Shown: in pieces, positions 27,573 to 38,408 of the stretch
Layout: every line of letters begins with the position of its first letter
Numbering within the stretch: position 1 is the stretch's first letter
DNA from: Bacillales bacterium UBA4682
Lineage (GTDB): Bacteria > Bacillota_I > Bacilli_A > RFN20 > CAG-288
Assembly (NCBI GenBank): GCA_002404995.1
Contig: DHKY01000006.1
Location: forward strand, 144,520-208,519
Length of the DNA stretch: 64,000 nucleotides
Direction: 5' to 3'
Translations under genes and position numbers: made by a program
The notes under the pieces: model-generated
The model's database searches: none
What the model was told of the DNA's origin: nothing
The model's input: only the letters and a program-made list of their open reading frames with translations

Positions 27573-30500
27573 ATGAAAAAACTTTTTACTGTCTTATCTT
27601 TCGGTACGATGCTTGCCTTATCTGCCATCAGCTACAAGACTGGAAGCGGCTTAGATTTATCTGAGATTGCTCCGGAAGCTGAGAAAAGCACGTATAGGAT
27701 TACCGTTGCCGGAGATGTCAAGAAGAATCCGTACCAGGCCCGAATCGAAAAGAACCGCGTTCTGAATGAAATCAAATACCGCCTCCCTGCTGATTCTTAC
27801 ACCATTACCTATGATTACGATACTCTGTTCAATGGCTTTGCAATTGAAGTCAAGAACGATGCCGCTTCTCAGATCCTGAAGCAGATCACCGGTGTTAAAA
27901 GCGTCGAGCTTTCTCATCGTTATGCTGCTCCCGAAGAGACCTCTTCCTATGGAACAGAGGATAATGGAGTCTCCGCTCAGGATGCTTCTACAAGCCAGTA
28001 CAACCAGAACAAGGAACTGAAGCTTAAGAACTATTCTGCGGAAACCAGGCGTGTAACCAAAGATATCCTTGGCTCTGATGCAAAGAGGGGCAAAGGCATC
28101 AAAATCGGTATCATGGATACCGGTTTATACCTCAACCAGGTCGAGGGAACAAGCCAGCGTACTGCCTTAGAACAGAACCCGCCGAAGGAAAACGGCAAGA
28201 GTCTTTTGAATGCTGCTGCCTTCAAGGATTTAAGCGATGATGAAGTCGCCTCTGATGGCTGGCATAACAAAGAAGAAGTCTCAGCTAGGTTCAAAGACAA
28301 AAACGGAACGGTCAAGGCTCCGGATTTCACTTATATCAATAAGAAAATTCCGTTTGCAATCGATGTTGCCGATGTCGACAACAATGTCGATCCGACCGGC
28401 GGCACCGAGGACAACGTCCATGGTACCCATGTTGCTTCTTTGGCTGCTTCCAATGGTGATGAGTTCCAGGGTATCGCTCCGGAAGCCCAGGTTGCTATCT
28501 TCAAAGTCTTCGGAAATAATTCTTCCGGTGCAACCGATGCATCTGTCAGCAAGGCTTTGGAATACGCTGCCCAGAGGAAACTCGATGTTGTCAACCTTTC
28601 CTTAGGCTCTGACTTGGATGAATTCCGTTCTTCTACTAGCACTTCCACCCAGAATGCAATCAAAGCCTGCGAAGAAGCTGGCGTTATTGTCAACTTCGCT
28701 GCTGGAAACGCCGGTAAGTCTACCTATGCTGGTGACACCGGTTATTCTGATTGGACAACCGATGATGTCGAAACCGGTATCTTAGGAAGCTATGCCTTAA
28801 GGGATGAAAAGACCAATGTCATCGCTGCTTCGAACCCGGAACGTGCCTTCTTTGATTCCGTCATGGTCGTTGGCGGAAATGCCGTTTCCTTCTCGGATCA
28901 GGTTACCAACCGTCGTGGCAGGGAAGACAAAGACAAATATCAGACCGAGCATCCGCTTACGGAACTCTTAGGCGGCGAAAAGCAGAAAGAATTATCCTAT
29001 GTCCGTATCGGCGGCTATGGCGACGATACCGATTATCAGGCTGCGGAAGCTGCTGGACATTCTGTCAAAGACAAGATTGCGGTTGTCGACCGTGGTAGCT
29101 CCACCTTCCGTGATAAGGCTACTTTCGCTGTTAAGAACGAAGCGGCTGCTTTGATTATCATCAACAACGTTCCTGGTGTTACTTTCAACAGGAATATGGA
29201 TTTCAACGGCTATAAGCCGGATATTCCGGTTGTCTTTGTCTTCCAGAGCACTGGTTCTTACTTTGGTGCTGCTAATAGCGAAGGTAAGCTTACTCTTGCT
29301 CAGAATACGGTCAGGGAATCTCCTTCCGGCGGTGTTTATGCTTCCTTCTCCTCCGATGGCTCGGATGCTAACCTTGATATCTCTCCGACCATCTCCGCTC
29401 CTGGCTATCAGATCATCGGCGCTATCCAGGCCGATAAGCATGGTCAGACTTCCGATGGCACTACCATTGATACTTCTTACCTCTATGGCTATGAGTACTT
29501 CGATGGTACTTCTATGGCTACTCCGAATCTTACTGGTGCCTTTGCTGTTGCTTTGAGCCAGCATAAGGATGATGCCGACTATGCAACCTATAAGAAAAAC
29601 CTTTCTAGGATTGCTAGGTCTACTGCGGACTCTCTCCATGATTCCTCTACCGAAAAGCAGAATGCTTCTATCCGTATCCAGGGTGCTGGACGTATCAACG
29701 TCAAACGTATCCTTGATTCGGGAAACTATGTTACGACCGAGCTCAATAAACTCGACGATGGCACTACCTTCGGAGATGCTAAGGCTGAGCTTGCCAACAA
29801 TGGAACTCTGAACACTGATTTATCTCAGAACAAAGAAGCCTATATCGAGATTCCGTATACGATTCATAATACAAGCGACAAGGAGCAGACTTACACTCCG
29901 TCTCTTAATCTTCAGATTCCGCTTCTCCGTACTCAGGTCACCAAAGCCCAGTACGATAAAGAGGATTCCACTGGAAACACCAAGGATACTCCGGAAAGCT
30001 TGATTGATCAGATTACGAGGTCTGTTCTCGATGACGCTGTGACGGTTACCGATGATGCTTATCAGGGATCTTCCAAGGGTCAGGTTACGGTTGCCGCTAA
30101 CAGCACGAAATCTGGAACCAGGAAAGTCCGTATCGATAATCTCCACTATGAACGTAAGTTCACAACGGATGAATCCTTCACGGAGAGCTTCTCTGGTACG
30201 TTACGCGAATACTTCGCAAAGTATTTCAAGAATGCAGGCGGAAGCTATGTCGAAGGATTCCTTTCCTTCAAGAACTCTGCTTCTACTGCCGATAAGAACT
30301 TAGACCTCAATATTCCGTATCTTGGATTCTATGGCGATTACACCAAAGGGGATGCGGTCGAACCGTTCTCCGATGAGAAGGAACAGAACCACGTCTATAC
30401 TTCTGAACTCATCGATTCCCGCAGGAAGAACCTGACTGGAACCTATGCAAAGAGCAAAGCCTACACGGGTTCTACTCTGGCCTTACATGGTGGCAAAGTC

Positions 30501-31718
30501 ACCGATAGTGTTATCAGCAAGATCGGTTCGCTTGATACTGCTGCTAGGAAGACCATCAACTCCGAATTCCAGGTTCCGTTTGCCGATGGAAATAACCTTG
30601 ATACCATCTATGCTGGTTCAGCTGGTTATTCCGATCATATCGTTGCCACCTTCTTCGTAAATCGTACGATTGCCGATTCTAGCTACACCATCAAGAATGT
30701 TAGCGGAGCAACTGTCTCTACTGGTAAGATCAAGCTTCTCAGGAGCTATGGTGGTACCTTCCAGGCTATCGATAATCAGGGTAGGCTTTACAAGTCCTGG
30801 CTCAATGAATCCAGGAACGTCAGCCGTGGCTTCATCGATATCGACCTCTCTTCCTTAGCCGAAGGTAACTACACGCTGAACTTCTCCTTCACTCCGCTTG
30901 CAACAAACATTGCCCAGCAGAGCAAGGATTACAAACTCGTCATCGATAAGTCGACTGCTACTGCTTCTGGATACAAGCTTGCTACCACGAAACGTGGAAC
31001 GACTCAGCTTTCTTTGAATACGGATGCCGACTATGTCTCTGCCGGCGGAAGCACGGTTACCACCAATGAAGGCGTTGCAACCTTCAATGTCACGGACTCC
31101 AGGGAAAAGAACGACAAGATCTATGCCCAGCTTTCCAACTATGCTGGCAACACAACTGGATTTGTTGCTCATCCGAGCGATTACTCTGTCTCTGTGATCT
31201 CTGAGGACTTAAAGAACGATAAGTATGACTTCGTCTACAGGCAGACCAATCTGGATTCCAACTACATCTACTTCGACGTTTCTCTGACTGGTGCTAAGAA
31301 CGAAGATATCAATCCGACCAAGGATTACACGATTCTGATCCATGTCGGTGCCGGTCTGAACTTAAATGATCTTGAAATTTACGTCGATGATGCGGAATCT
31401 GCCTTCACGTATGACGCAAATACCGGATTCGTTACTCTGGTCAGGCCTAAGAAGGCTGTCTCTGTCTCCAGGAACTATTGCCCGGTTGCCTTAGATGCAG
31501 CTCCAAAGACTGCTACGGAAGCCAACAACGCGGATACTCCGTCTCATGATTCCTCTAGCCAGCAGCCATCTACTCCGAGCTCTGAGCCGACTTCTGCTAG
31601 CGGAAAGAAGGGCTGCGGAGGATCGGTCATTGTTGCTTCTTCCTTAACTGGTGCTCTTGGCTTATTAGCCGCTGGATTAGCTGTCCGTGCACTTGGCAAA
31701 AAGAAGAAAGAAGACTAA
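27573..31718 (+). CDS. subtilisin-family (S8) cell-envelope serine protease with a PA domain and a C-terminal membrane anchor
   Basis: Signal peptide. Catalytic motifs GIMDTG (Asp), HGTHVAS (His) and GTSMATPNLTG (Ser). PA-like insert (KIAVVDRGSSTF). The C-terminus is GKKGCGGS, a hydrophobic helix, then KKKKED. No LPXTG motif. Confidence 0.92.
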   Translation: MKKLFTVLSFGTMLALSAISYKTGSGLDLSEIAPEAEKSTYRITVAGDVKKNPYQARIEKNRVLNEIKYRLPADSYTITYDYDTLFNGFAIEVKNDAASQILKQITGVKSVELSHRYAAPEETSSYGTEDNGVSAQDASTSQYNQNKELKLKNYSAETRRVTKDILGSDAKRGKGIKIGIMDTGLYLNQVEGTSQRTALEQNPPKENGKSLLNAAAFKDLSDDEVASDGWHNKEEVSARFKDKNGTVKAPDFTYINKKIPFAIDVADVDNNVDPTGGTEDNVHGTHVASLAASNGDEFQGIAPEAQVAIFKVFGNNSSGATDASVSKALEYAAQRKLDVVNLSLGSDLDEFRSSTSTSTQNAIKACEEAGVIVNFAAGNAGKSTYAGDTGYSDWTTDDVETGILGSYALRDEKTNVIAASNPERAFFDSVMVVGGNAVSFSDQVTNRRGREDKDKYQTEHPLTELLGGEKQKELSYVRIGGYGDDTDYQAAEAAGHSVKDKIAVVDRGSSTFRDKATFAVKNEAAALIIINNVPGVTFNRNMDFNGYKPDIPVVFVFQSTGSYFGAANSEGKLTLAQNTVRESPSGGVYASFSSDGSDANLDISPTISAPGYQIIGAIQADKHGQTSDGTTIDTSYLYGYEYFDGTSMATPNLTGAFAVALSQHKDDADYATYKKNLSRIARSTADSLHDSSTEKQNASIRIQGAGRINVKRILDSGNYVTTELNKLDDGTTFGDAKAELANNGTLNTDLSQNKEAYIEIPYTIHNTSDKEQTYTPSLNLQIPLLRTQVTKAQYDKEDSTGNTKDTPESLIDQITRSVLDDAVTVTDDAYQGSSKGQVTVAANSTKSGTRKVRIDNLHYERKFTTDESFTESFSGTLREYFAKYFKNAGGSYVEGFLSFKNSASTADKNLDLNIPYLGFYGDYTKGDAVEPFSDEKEQNHVYTSELIDSRRKNLTGTYAKSKAYTGSTLALHGGKVTDSVISKIGSLDTAARKTINSEFQVPFADGNNLDTIYAGSAGYSDHIVATFFVNRTIADSSYTIKNVSGATVSTGKIKLLRSYGGTFQAIDNQGRLYKSWLNESRNVSRGFIDIDLSSLAEGNYTLNFSFTPLATNIAQQSKDYKLVIDKSTATASGYKLATTKRGTTQLSLNTDADYVSAGGSTVTTNEGVATFNVTDSREKNDKIYAQLSNYAGNTTGFVAHPSDYSVSVISEDLKNDKYDFVYRQTNLDSNYIYFDVSLTGAKNEDINPTKDYTILIHVGAGLNLNDLEIYVDDAESAFTYDANTGFVTLVRPKKAVSVSRNYCPVALDAAPKTATEANNADTPSHDSSSQQPSTPSSEPTSASGKKGCGGSVIVASSLTGALGLLAAGLAVRALGKKKKED

Positions 31719-31742
31719 TCCGATTCGTTTCTGCTAATCAAA

Positions 31743-31776
31743 AGGCCTGGCTGAATCTCAGCTAGGCCTTTCTTTC
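31743..31776 (+). terminator. rho-independent terminator after the protease gene
   Basis: aggcctggctga-atc-tcagctaggcct (one G-U pair) followed by ttctttc. Confidence 0.75.
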
Positions 31777-31788
31777 AAGGAAAACACA

Positions 31789-32169
31789 ATGAGGATTTCA
31801 CCAGAAACAAAGAAAAAAATCATCACTTGGTCCGTACTGATCTTCCTATCTGTACTTTCCATCCTTCTTTGCTGCTTCGTAGCGAAAAGGGGGCTTTCCG
31901 ATTGCTTTATTATCCCAGGTGCTGCTTATCTTATCTTTGCTGTTCTTGCCTTTATCGAACGTGCGGGAACGTTTGATATCTTTACTTACCAATTCCAGAA
32001 CCTGGTGAACTCCTTCCGAAAAGGCTCACCAAAAAGATACGATAATGCCGGAGATTATAAGAGGGCAAAGAAGCGGCTTCGTGAAGGAAGCCAGTTTGAC
32101 TATCTTCCCTATCTGATTCTCGGTGGCGCTTATTTGATTGTCGGAATTGTTTTAGCGTTTGTATTATAG
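31789..32169 (+). CDS. small membrane protein (DUF3899-like, from memory)
   Basis: 126 aa with hydrophobic segments at both ends and a central ERAGTFDIFTYQF motif. Confidence 0.6.
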   Translation: MRISPETKKKIITWSVLIFLSVLSILLCCFVAKRGLSDCFIIPGAAYLIFAVLAFIERAGTFDIFTYQFQNLVNSFRKGSPKRYDNAGDYKRAKKRLREGSQFDYLPYLILGGAYLIVGIVLAFVL

Positions 32170-32302
32170 GTTAGAAAGCGGTATCATATATTGCTATGCG
32201 CTCTTCTTTTCCGGTTTTCCGGAATACCCTTTTCTGTTATGGTAAGATAAGTTGATAAATTGCCGTCCACTCTATATTTTTATATTTAGGAGGAAAACGA
32301 AA

Positions 32303-35266
32303 ATGAAGAAAAAAACAATTAGGCTAACTAGGCTACCTCTCTTAGGAAGTGTTCTGCTTCTTGGCGCATGCCATAAGGAAGGAATTTCGGATTCTACTTC
32401 CAAACCGTCTTCTAACACATCAACAAGTGCAGATGATAGTGATTTGATTGTCACTTATGATGGAAATGAAGTCGAAAACGGTGCGAATCTTGAAATCACC
32501 GTTGGTTCGACCACTGGACAAATCGTTGTCGATGGTGCTAGTGCAACGTTCTCCTCTAGCGATGATTCTGTTCTTGCTGTGGACCAGCATAGTGGTCTTC
32601 TCAATCCGAAGAAAGCCGGAACGGCGGTCATCACGATAGATGGCGGAGCTTCTGGCAAACTCACATTGAATTTCACGGTTAAGGAAGTTTCCTTGGCAAC
32701 AGGCATCCAGTCTTATGCAACGGAGAGCTTTGAAGAACGTGCTAAGATCTTAGGCTCTCTTGAGAAATATGCCGTTGATAACTATCTGACTGGTATCACC
32801 ATGTTCTCTAACGGCAGTTATGTCTGCTATAACTCCCGCTATGTTCCGACTCCGAAGGAATACATCTCCGGTTATGGCTGGGGTACAAGGCGTGAGGGTA
32901 AACTTACTGCTCCGATTCAGAACCTGACTTCTGGCGGTGATGCGTGGCATTATCAGATTGCAACTTCTTCGCTTCCTCAGCATGCCAATGCTAGGAACGG
33001 AAGCGGCTCGGATATTTCAGATTTCGATGCCTATATTTCTTCTGCCTACTATGGAACCCGTCTGAATTCTCAGGCAGATGGTTACGAATGGGTTCCGGTT
33101 CTTGCGAAGGCAGACTGCCCTCGTCCGATTGCTATCGGCGAAAACGAAGAACCGAACGATGCAACTCTGAACCGCCGTTGGCGTATCTATGTCCGTACTG
33201 GTAAGGATGCTCCGAAATATGCTTCTGGTTCTCAGAAAGCCGAATATAAGAAATTCAATGGAACAGAAGTCAAACTTGAAGATTATCTGACCCGTCTGAA
33301 ATTCATGCTTACCCGTTATAACGGAAGGTACCGTGGTGCTGAAATCACCACCGGTGTTTCTGGTATCACTGGTGCTGCCAATTACTACAACCATACCAGC
33401 CAGAAGTCTTCTGAGAATGCTATCTGGGATGATACGCTTTGGGATAAGTACAGGACTCAGACAAAGAATCTTTTTGTCGGTTCGGATAACAAAGGCGAAT
33501 ATATCGAATTCAATCTCCTTTATCCTTGCACCCAGTTCTATGCCAGGTACTATCTCTCTTCGAATCTCTATGCTCCGCTTCCGAAGGCTTTCTTACAGCT
33601 TGTCGGTACCGATTACGGGCAGAATTTAAAGAACGATAAGAATACGAATGCAACGGATACCACTCTTTCTGTTGGTCCTTACTATATTAAGGATTGGAAA
33701 GCAGGCGATCATATCTATCTTGAAAAGAACACTGGCTATCATGAGACAGTCGATACCTTCTCCGATGGTACGACCCGTGAAATCTATCAGATCAAAGGCT
33801 TTGACTGGCAGTTGATCGGTAGTCAGAACAGTATCAGCCAGCAGCGTTTCTTAAATGGTGAAACGGATTCCTATTCTCCGGATAAGGATGCTTTGAAGAG
33901 CGGTTCCTTCGGTTCCAATGGTGTTGCTAACCCGAGTGGAAGCAGCGACAAGAGGTCTTGGAATAGCTATAAGACAAAAGCCGACTCCAACTTCAAGATC
34001 AATGTCAACGCAACGACTGAAGAACAATGGAACAAGTTCTTTGGAACCAACGGAAGTGTTTATAAACATGACTCTTCTGTCACAGCCAGCCAGTATACGG
34101 TCTTCTATCTCTCCAACAAGCACTTCCTGAACTTCTTAAGCTACGGCTTGGATCGTCAGACCATCTGCGCTTCCCGTGGTAGGACTCCGACCCAGGAATA
34201 CCTTTCGGATAACTACTTGATTGATCCTGAGAACTCTGTTTCCTACAACTCTACTGAAGCCCACAAGGCTGTCTTAGCCAATCGTTATAACGACACCTAT
34301 GGCTACAATGCTGATGCTGCTGAAAATGAACTTGCCTTAGCAATGGAAGATATCATTGCCAATAAGGACAAGCTCAAGACAAAGAATAACTCTGGTGTTG
34401 CTGGTACAAGCGCCAACCCGTATAGGATTACCCTTGACAGGAAATGGATGAACTCTGGCGATGTGAAGTCCTATGGCGATGTCTTTGATTCTTGGACGAA
34501 GATTGCAAACGACTTCCTTAAGTCTGAATACGGAGGAAGCTATGAGTTCCAGGTCAACCAGATTGATGGTACAGCTTCCTATAATGATGTCTATGATGCT
34601 AGGAAACGTGGCGAATTCCAGCTTGGCTTCGGTGCTATTTCCGGTAACGCCTTAGATCCGCTCTCCTTCTTCGAAGTTCTAAAATCCGATAACTCTTCTG
34701 GCTTCACTCTTAACTGGGGACCGGATACTTCCGAAGTCTCAGATAGCATTGTCTATGATGGAAAGAAGTGGTCCTTCGATGGCTTATGGAAAGCCGGAAC
34801 CACGGTTGCTGCCTTAGACAACGAAGGCCGTCTTGCTCAGATTAAGAACGTCTCTAATGGTGGAACCACCAAGGACGGAAGGAAGTATCAGTCTATTGAT
34901 AAGGCTAACCTTGCTGTTACGTATGCTCTCTCCTTCAAAGGCTTCACCGATGCTGGTGCTGTTATCAAGGAACTCTTCATCACAGTCGGTTCTAAGACCT
35001 TCTCCACTGCAAGTCTTAGCGAAACTGGTGCAACCGATAAAGCGGAAGTCGCTGCTATCTTCGGCGAACAGGGTGTTAATACTATCACGAGCGCAAATCC
35101 GAACCTCAACGTTACTCTCACCAAGGTCTGCAATGCAGACGATGATGGCAACAGCACAGACCAGATTGTCCTGACTGTCTCTTACTCCATCACGGTGAAT
35201 GGAATTGCTATCGATAGTGAAGAAACCATCAAACTTCAGTCCTATATCTCTGCAATTAAGAAATAA
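32303..35266 (+). CDS. oppA: oligopeptide ABC substrate-binding lipoprotein (family 5), enlarged, with an N-terminal Ig-like (Big_2-type) module
   Basis: ATG at 32303 preceded by TAGGAGG. Lipobox LLLGAC. DDSVLAVDQHSGLLNPKKAGTAVITI is Big_2-like. Sits directly upstream of oppBCDF. The track start at 32252 is upstream of the RBS. Confidence 0.8.
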   Translation: MKKKTIRLTRLPLLGSVLLLGACHKEGISDSTSKPSSNTSTSADDSDLIVTYDGNEVENGANLEITVGSTTGQIVVDGASATFSSSDDSVLAVDQHSGLLNPKKAGTAVITIDGGASGKLTLNFTVKEVSLATGIQSYATESFEERAKILGSLEKYAVDNYLTGITMFSNGSYVCYNSRYVPTPKEYISGYGWGTRREGKLTAPIQNLTSGGDAWHYQIATSSLPQHANARNGSGSDISDFDAYISSAYYGTRLNSQADGYEWVPVLAKADCPRPIAIGENEEPNDATLNRRWRIYVRTGKDAPKYASGSQKAEYKKFNGTEVKLEDYLTRLKFMLTRYNGRYRGAEITTGVSGITGAANYYNHTSQKSSENAIWDDTLWDKYRTQTKNLFVGSDNKGEYIEFNLLYPCTQFYARYYLSSNLYAPLPKAFLQLVGTDYGQNLKNDKNTNATDTTLSVGPYYIKDWKAGDHIYLEKNTGYHETVDTFSDGTTREIYQIKGFDWQLIGSQNSISQQRFLNGETDSYSPDKDALKSGSFGSNGVANPSGSSDKRSWNSYKTKADSNFKINVNATTEEQWNKFFGTNGSVYKHDSSVTASQYTVFYLSNKHFLNFLSYGLDRQTICASRGRTPTQEYLSDNYLIDPENSVSYNSTEAHKAVLANRYNDTYGYNADAAENELALAMEDIIANKDKLKTKNNSGVAGTSANPYRITLDRKWMNSGDVKSYGDVFDSWTKIANDFLKSEYGGSYEFQVNQIDGTASYNDVYDARKRGEFQLGFGAISGNALDPLSFFEVLKSDNSSGFTLNWGPDTSEVSDSIVYDGKKWSFDGLWKAGTTVAALDNEGRLAQIKNVSNGGTTKDGRKYQSIDKANLAVTYALSFKGFTDAGAVIKELFITVGSKTFSTASLSETGATDKAEVAAIFGEQGVNTITSANPNLNVTLTKVCNADDDGNSTDQIVLTVSYSITVNGIAIDSEETIKLQSYISAIKK

Positions 35267-35286
35267 GCCGTTCCTCAGAGCCTATC

Positions 35287-36351
35287 ATGAAAAAACAAGT
35301 ACCTTACTTACTTAAGTATTCAATACAGCGTATCCTGCTCCTCTTGGTCACGACCTTCATCATCCTCACCATCACCTTCTTCCTGATCAAGAGGCTGCCG
35401 GATGCAGCTATCTCCGGTAATGAAGCCGCGCAGTTCTCGTTCTGCCAAAGCCAAGTTGCCAAAGGCTATTATGTGGCCTTCAATTCCGAACAGTCGGGGC
35501 TTGGAAAGCTTATTATCAATCCTTACACGGATCCGGCTGGCTTGACTTGGTATTTCTACCGGAAACCGAGGGTCCAGCAATATGGTGCTTGGCTGAAAGG
35601 CATCTTTACCAAATGGGATTGGGGAACTTCCTCCGCAGTTGATCCAGGCCGTACCGCTAGGGCTATTATCGTAACCCGTATCAAACCGACGATTCTTGTC
35701 AATGTCTTCTCTCTTCTCATCGCTCTTCCACTTGGCTTCGCTTTCGGTATCTGGGCTGCTTTGAAGAAAAATACGACCACTGACCACATCATCTCTACCC
35801 TTGTTATGGTCTTTATCTCTGTTCCGTCTTTCGTTGTCATCTCTCTTTTGATGCTTGGATTGTCCTTTAAGACTGGATGGCTTCCATCCCGTTGGCCGGC
35901 ATCCTCGGCTTCTATCGGAGATTATGCGAAGGCTAGGGTTATTCCTGTCTTATCTATCAGTTTCGGTACGATTGCAGGATTCACCCGTTATACCCGTGCG
36001 GAGCTTACGGAAGTCAGGTCAAGCGAATTCCTGCTTCTTGCCCGTACGAAGGGATTAACGAAGCGTCAGTGCGTCATCCGCCATGCACTTCGCAACTCCA
36101 TGGTTCCGATTATTCCGATGGTTATCGGCCAGTTCATTTCCATTCTTTCTGGATCTATCATCCTTGAACAGCTGTATTCCATCAATGGTATCGGACGTCT
36201 TTACATTGAAGCACTGAACGCAAAAGACTGGAATGTCTTGCTTGTTGATATGGCTGTCTACACTGTCATTGGACTGGTTGCCAACTTAGCGGTTGACTTA
36301 AGCTATGGCATTGTGGATCCCCGTATCCGCAGGGGTGCGAAGGGAGCTTAA
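35287..36351 (+). CDS. oppB: oligopeptide ABC permease
   Basis: N-terminus YLLKYSIQRILLLLVTTFIILTITFFLIKRLP. EAA-loop region EFLLLARTKGLTKRQCVIRHALRNSMVPI. Confidence 0.92.
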   Translation: MKKQVPYLLKYSIQRILLLLVTTFIILTITFFLIKRLPDAAISGNEAAQFSFCQSQVAKGYYVAFNSEQSGLGKLIINPYTDPAGLTWYFYRKPRVQQYGAWLKGIFTKWDWGTSSAVDPGRTARAIIVTRIKPTILVNVFSLLIALPLGFAFGIWAALKKNTTTDHIISTLVMVFISVPSFVVISLLMLGLSFKTGWLPSRWPASSASIGDYAKARVIPVLSISFGTIAGFTRYTRAELTEVRSSEFLLLARTKGLTKRQCVIRHALRNSMVPIIPMVIGQFISILSGSIILEQLYSINGIGRLYIEALNAKDWNVLLVDMAVYTVIGLVANLAVDLSYGIVDPRIRRGAKGA

Positions 36352-36354
36352 AGT

Positions 36355-38406
36355 ATGGAAGAAAACAAATACGAAGATTTCCGGCTCTCTTCTACAGAGA
36401 ACAGGATTCCTGCCAATACGCAGGTTGATGAACTCAACGGAAAGAAAATTACTGCGGATGATTTTAAGCTTGTCCAGCAGGATAAGAGCATCCATGATAT
36501 CAAGTTCACGACAAAACCGACGACCTTTTTCAAGGATGCCAGGCACCGGTTCATCAAGAATCGCTCTTCTGTCGTTGGCGGTATTATCTTAGGTGTTCTT
36601 TTTGTCCTGTCTTTGATTCTGCCTATTAATGGTGTCATTCCTTTCGATATCTCTTCTAAGCATAACTATGAGACGAATCTTCCTCCGAAGATTGCCGCAG
36701 CCTCGAACGGTTTCTGGGATGGAACCCGTTGGCATAAGAACGAAGCTTATCCGTATGATAACGACGGAAACTATATCGGACAGTATGCTTCTGATGACTA
36801 TATTGTCAAAATCGACAATGTTCGTGAAGGCTATGGCGATGGCCATGCCGATGATGCAAACGGCGGATTTGTCCGTCTTGTCGGTGACAAGAAGGATAAC
36901 GAAGAAATCCGTTATAGGTATTCATATGCCTACACCTATGATTTGAACAATACCTATACTTTATCCTATACGCTTGGGCAGTCTACGGATCAAGATGGCG
37001 TCAGGCCGGATTACTCTCTTCTCTTCTTTACGAACAACCAGTTCATTGCTTTAGATCGTACTTCTTCCTATCCGGCTATTGCCGAAAAGGCAACAGCTGA
37101 AGGACAGAAGATTTCGACTTATGAGACTGTCACCTTAAATGTGACGGATGTTCTCAAGAAGAACGAACAGGTTTCAGCTCTTCTTGGCAGCGGACACACA
37201 ATCAAAGGTTCCTTCGGTATCAGGTTCTATACAAAGAACACATCGAGCACCGCTCTTTATCTTAAAGATTTTGCGCTCTCTTCCAGTTCTTCTTCCAAAG
37301 TCGAGAAACGTGAACTCGGCTATCGTTCCTTTGATGATGCGAACACGATGGTCGGAGAATCCAAAACAGTTGATGGAAAGGACAACCCGCGCTATTGGAC
37401 AACCAAAACCGATACGGCAGTCACTCCTTGCGATGTTATTACCAAACGTTGCGATGTCCTTTATGACGAATACCAGATTGCCTATGGATTGAAAGCCGAC
37501 AGGCCTGTTGCCAGGTCGACAAGGAAGGACTGGAAAGAAAAAGGCTATATCACCTTTGACGAGACCAATCCGACCAAAGGATTCTCTATCACAGAAGAAG
37601 GATCCAAACGGAATGATGTCTATGTCGTCTCTGTCGATTCTGCTACTGCAACGACCATCGAAGGTGTTTCTACATTCTCCTTGAAATGTACGGTAAGGAG
37701 GTATAAATACCTTGGCTATACTTCGATTCCGAAGCATCTTCTTGGCACGGAAGCCCAAGGAAAAGATAGGCTGAAGTATGTCTTCTCTGGTCTTCGTACT
37801 TCGCTTATCTTAGGCGTCATCGTTTCTGCCATCAACATCTTAATCGGTGTGGTCTGGGGATCTATCTCTGGCTACTTCGGCGGACTTGTCGACTTAGGCA
37901 GGGAACGTATTGTCGATATTCTCTCCGGTATGCCGTGGATCATCTTGATGACGGTCCTTACACTTAAGCTTGGACAGAACTTCTTTGTCTTTGCCCTCGC
38001 TCTCTGCTTAACCGGCTGGATCGGAACGGAATCCATTACCCGTTCCCAGTTCTACCGATATAAGAACCGGGAATACGTATTGGCAGCGAAGACTCTTGGT
38101 GCTAAAGCGCCTCGTCTTATTTTCCGTCACATTCTTCCGAATGCTATCGGTACGATTGTTACTTCTTCTGTCTTAAGGATTCCTTCTGTTATCTTCAACG
38201 AAGCAACGATTTCTTATTTAGGCCTAGGACTTAAGAATGCTGATTCTCTCGGTGTCATCTTATCGGATGTTCAGAATGTCAGGCAGAGTTATCCTTATCA
38301 AAGGATTGTCCCAGCTATCATCATCTCCTTATTGATGATTTGCTTCAACCTCTTTGGCAATGGTTTGCGTGATGCCTTCAACCCATCACTGAAAGGAACG
38401 GATTAA
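36355..38406 (+). CDS. oppC: oligopeptide ABC permease with an extracytoplasmic insertion of about 380 aa after TM1
   Basis: C-terminal half shows the typical OppC sequence (EYVLAAKTLGAKAPRLIFRHILPNAIGTIV). About 380 non-hydrophobic residues lie between TM1 (about aa 75-95) and the next TM (about aa 480). Confidence 0.9.
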   Translation: MEENKYEDFRLSSTENRIPANTQVDELNGKKITADDFKLVQQDKSIHDIKFTTKPTTFFKDARHRFIKNRSSVVGGIILGVLFVLSLILPINGVIPFDISSKHNYETNLPPKIAAASNGFWDGTRWHKNEAYPYDNDGNYIGQYASDDYIVKIDNVREGYGDGHADDANGGFVRLVGDKKDNEEIRYRYSYAYTYDLNNTYTLSYTLGQSTDQDGVRPDYSLLFFTNNQFIALDRTSSYPAIAEKATAEGQKISTYETVTLNVTDVLKKNEQVSALLGSGHTIKGSFGIRFYTKNTSSTALYLKDFALSSSSSSKVEKRELGYRSFDDANTMVGESKTVDGKDNPRYWTTKTDTAVTPCDVITKRCDVLYDEYQIAYGLKADRPVARSTRKDWKEKGYITFDETNPTKGFSITEEGSKRNDVYVVSVDSATATTIEGVSTFSLKCTVRRYKYLGYTSIPKHLLGTEAQGKDRLKYVFSGLRTSLILGVIVSAINILIGVVWGSISGYFGGLVDLGRERIVDILSGMPWIILMTVLTLKLGQNFFVFALALCLTGWIGTESITRSQFYRYKNREYVLAAKTLGAKAPRLIFRHILPNAIGTIVTSSVLRIPSVIFNEATISYLGLGLKNADSLGVILSDVQNVRQSYPYQRIVPAIIISLLMICFNLFGNGLRDAFNPSLKGTD

Positions 38407-38408
38407 TC

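Noticed and set aside
28992-29639. Long antisense and alternative-frame ORFs inside large genes. Examples: 28992..29639, 37174..37758, 38487..39098, 40552..41070, 52301..52963, 21474..21974, 24369..24863, 35320..35787, 17220..17648
   Set aside because: These are shadow ORFs fully embedded in genes with strong homology-type motifs on the other frame or strand. They show no RBS and no recognisable motifs.
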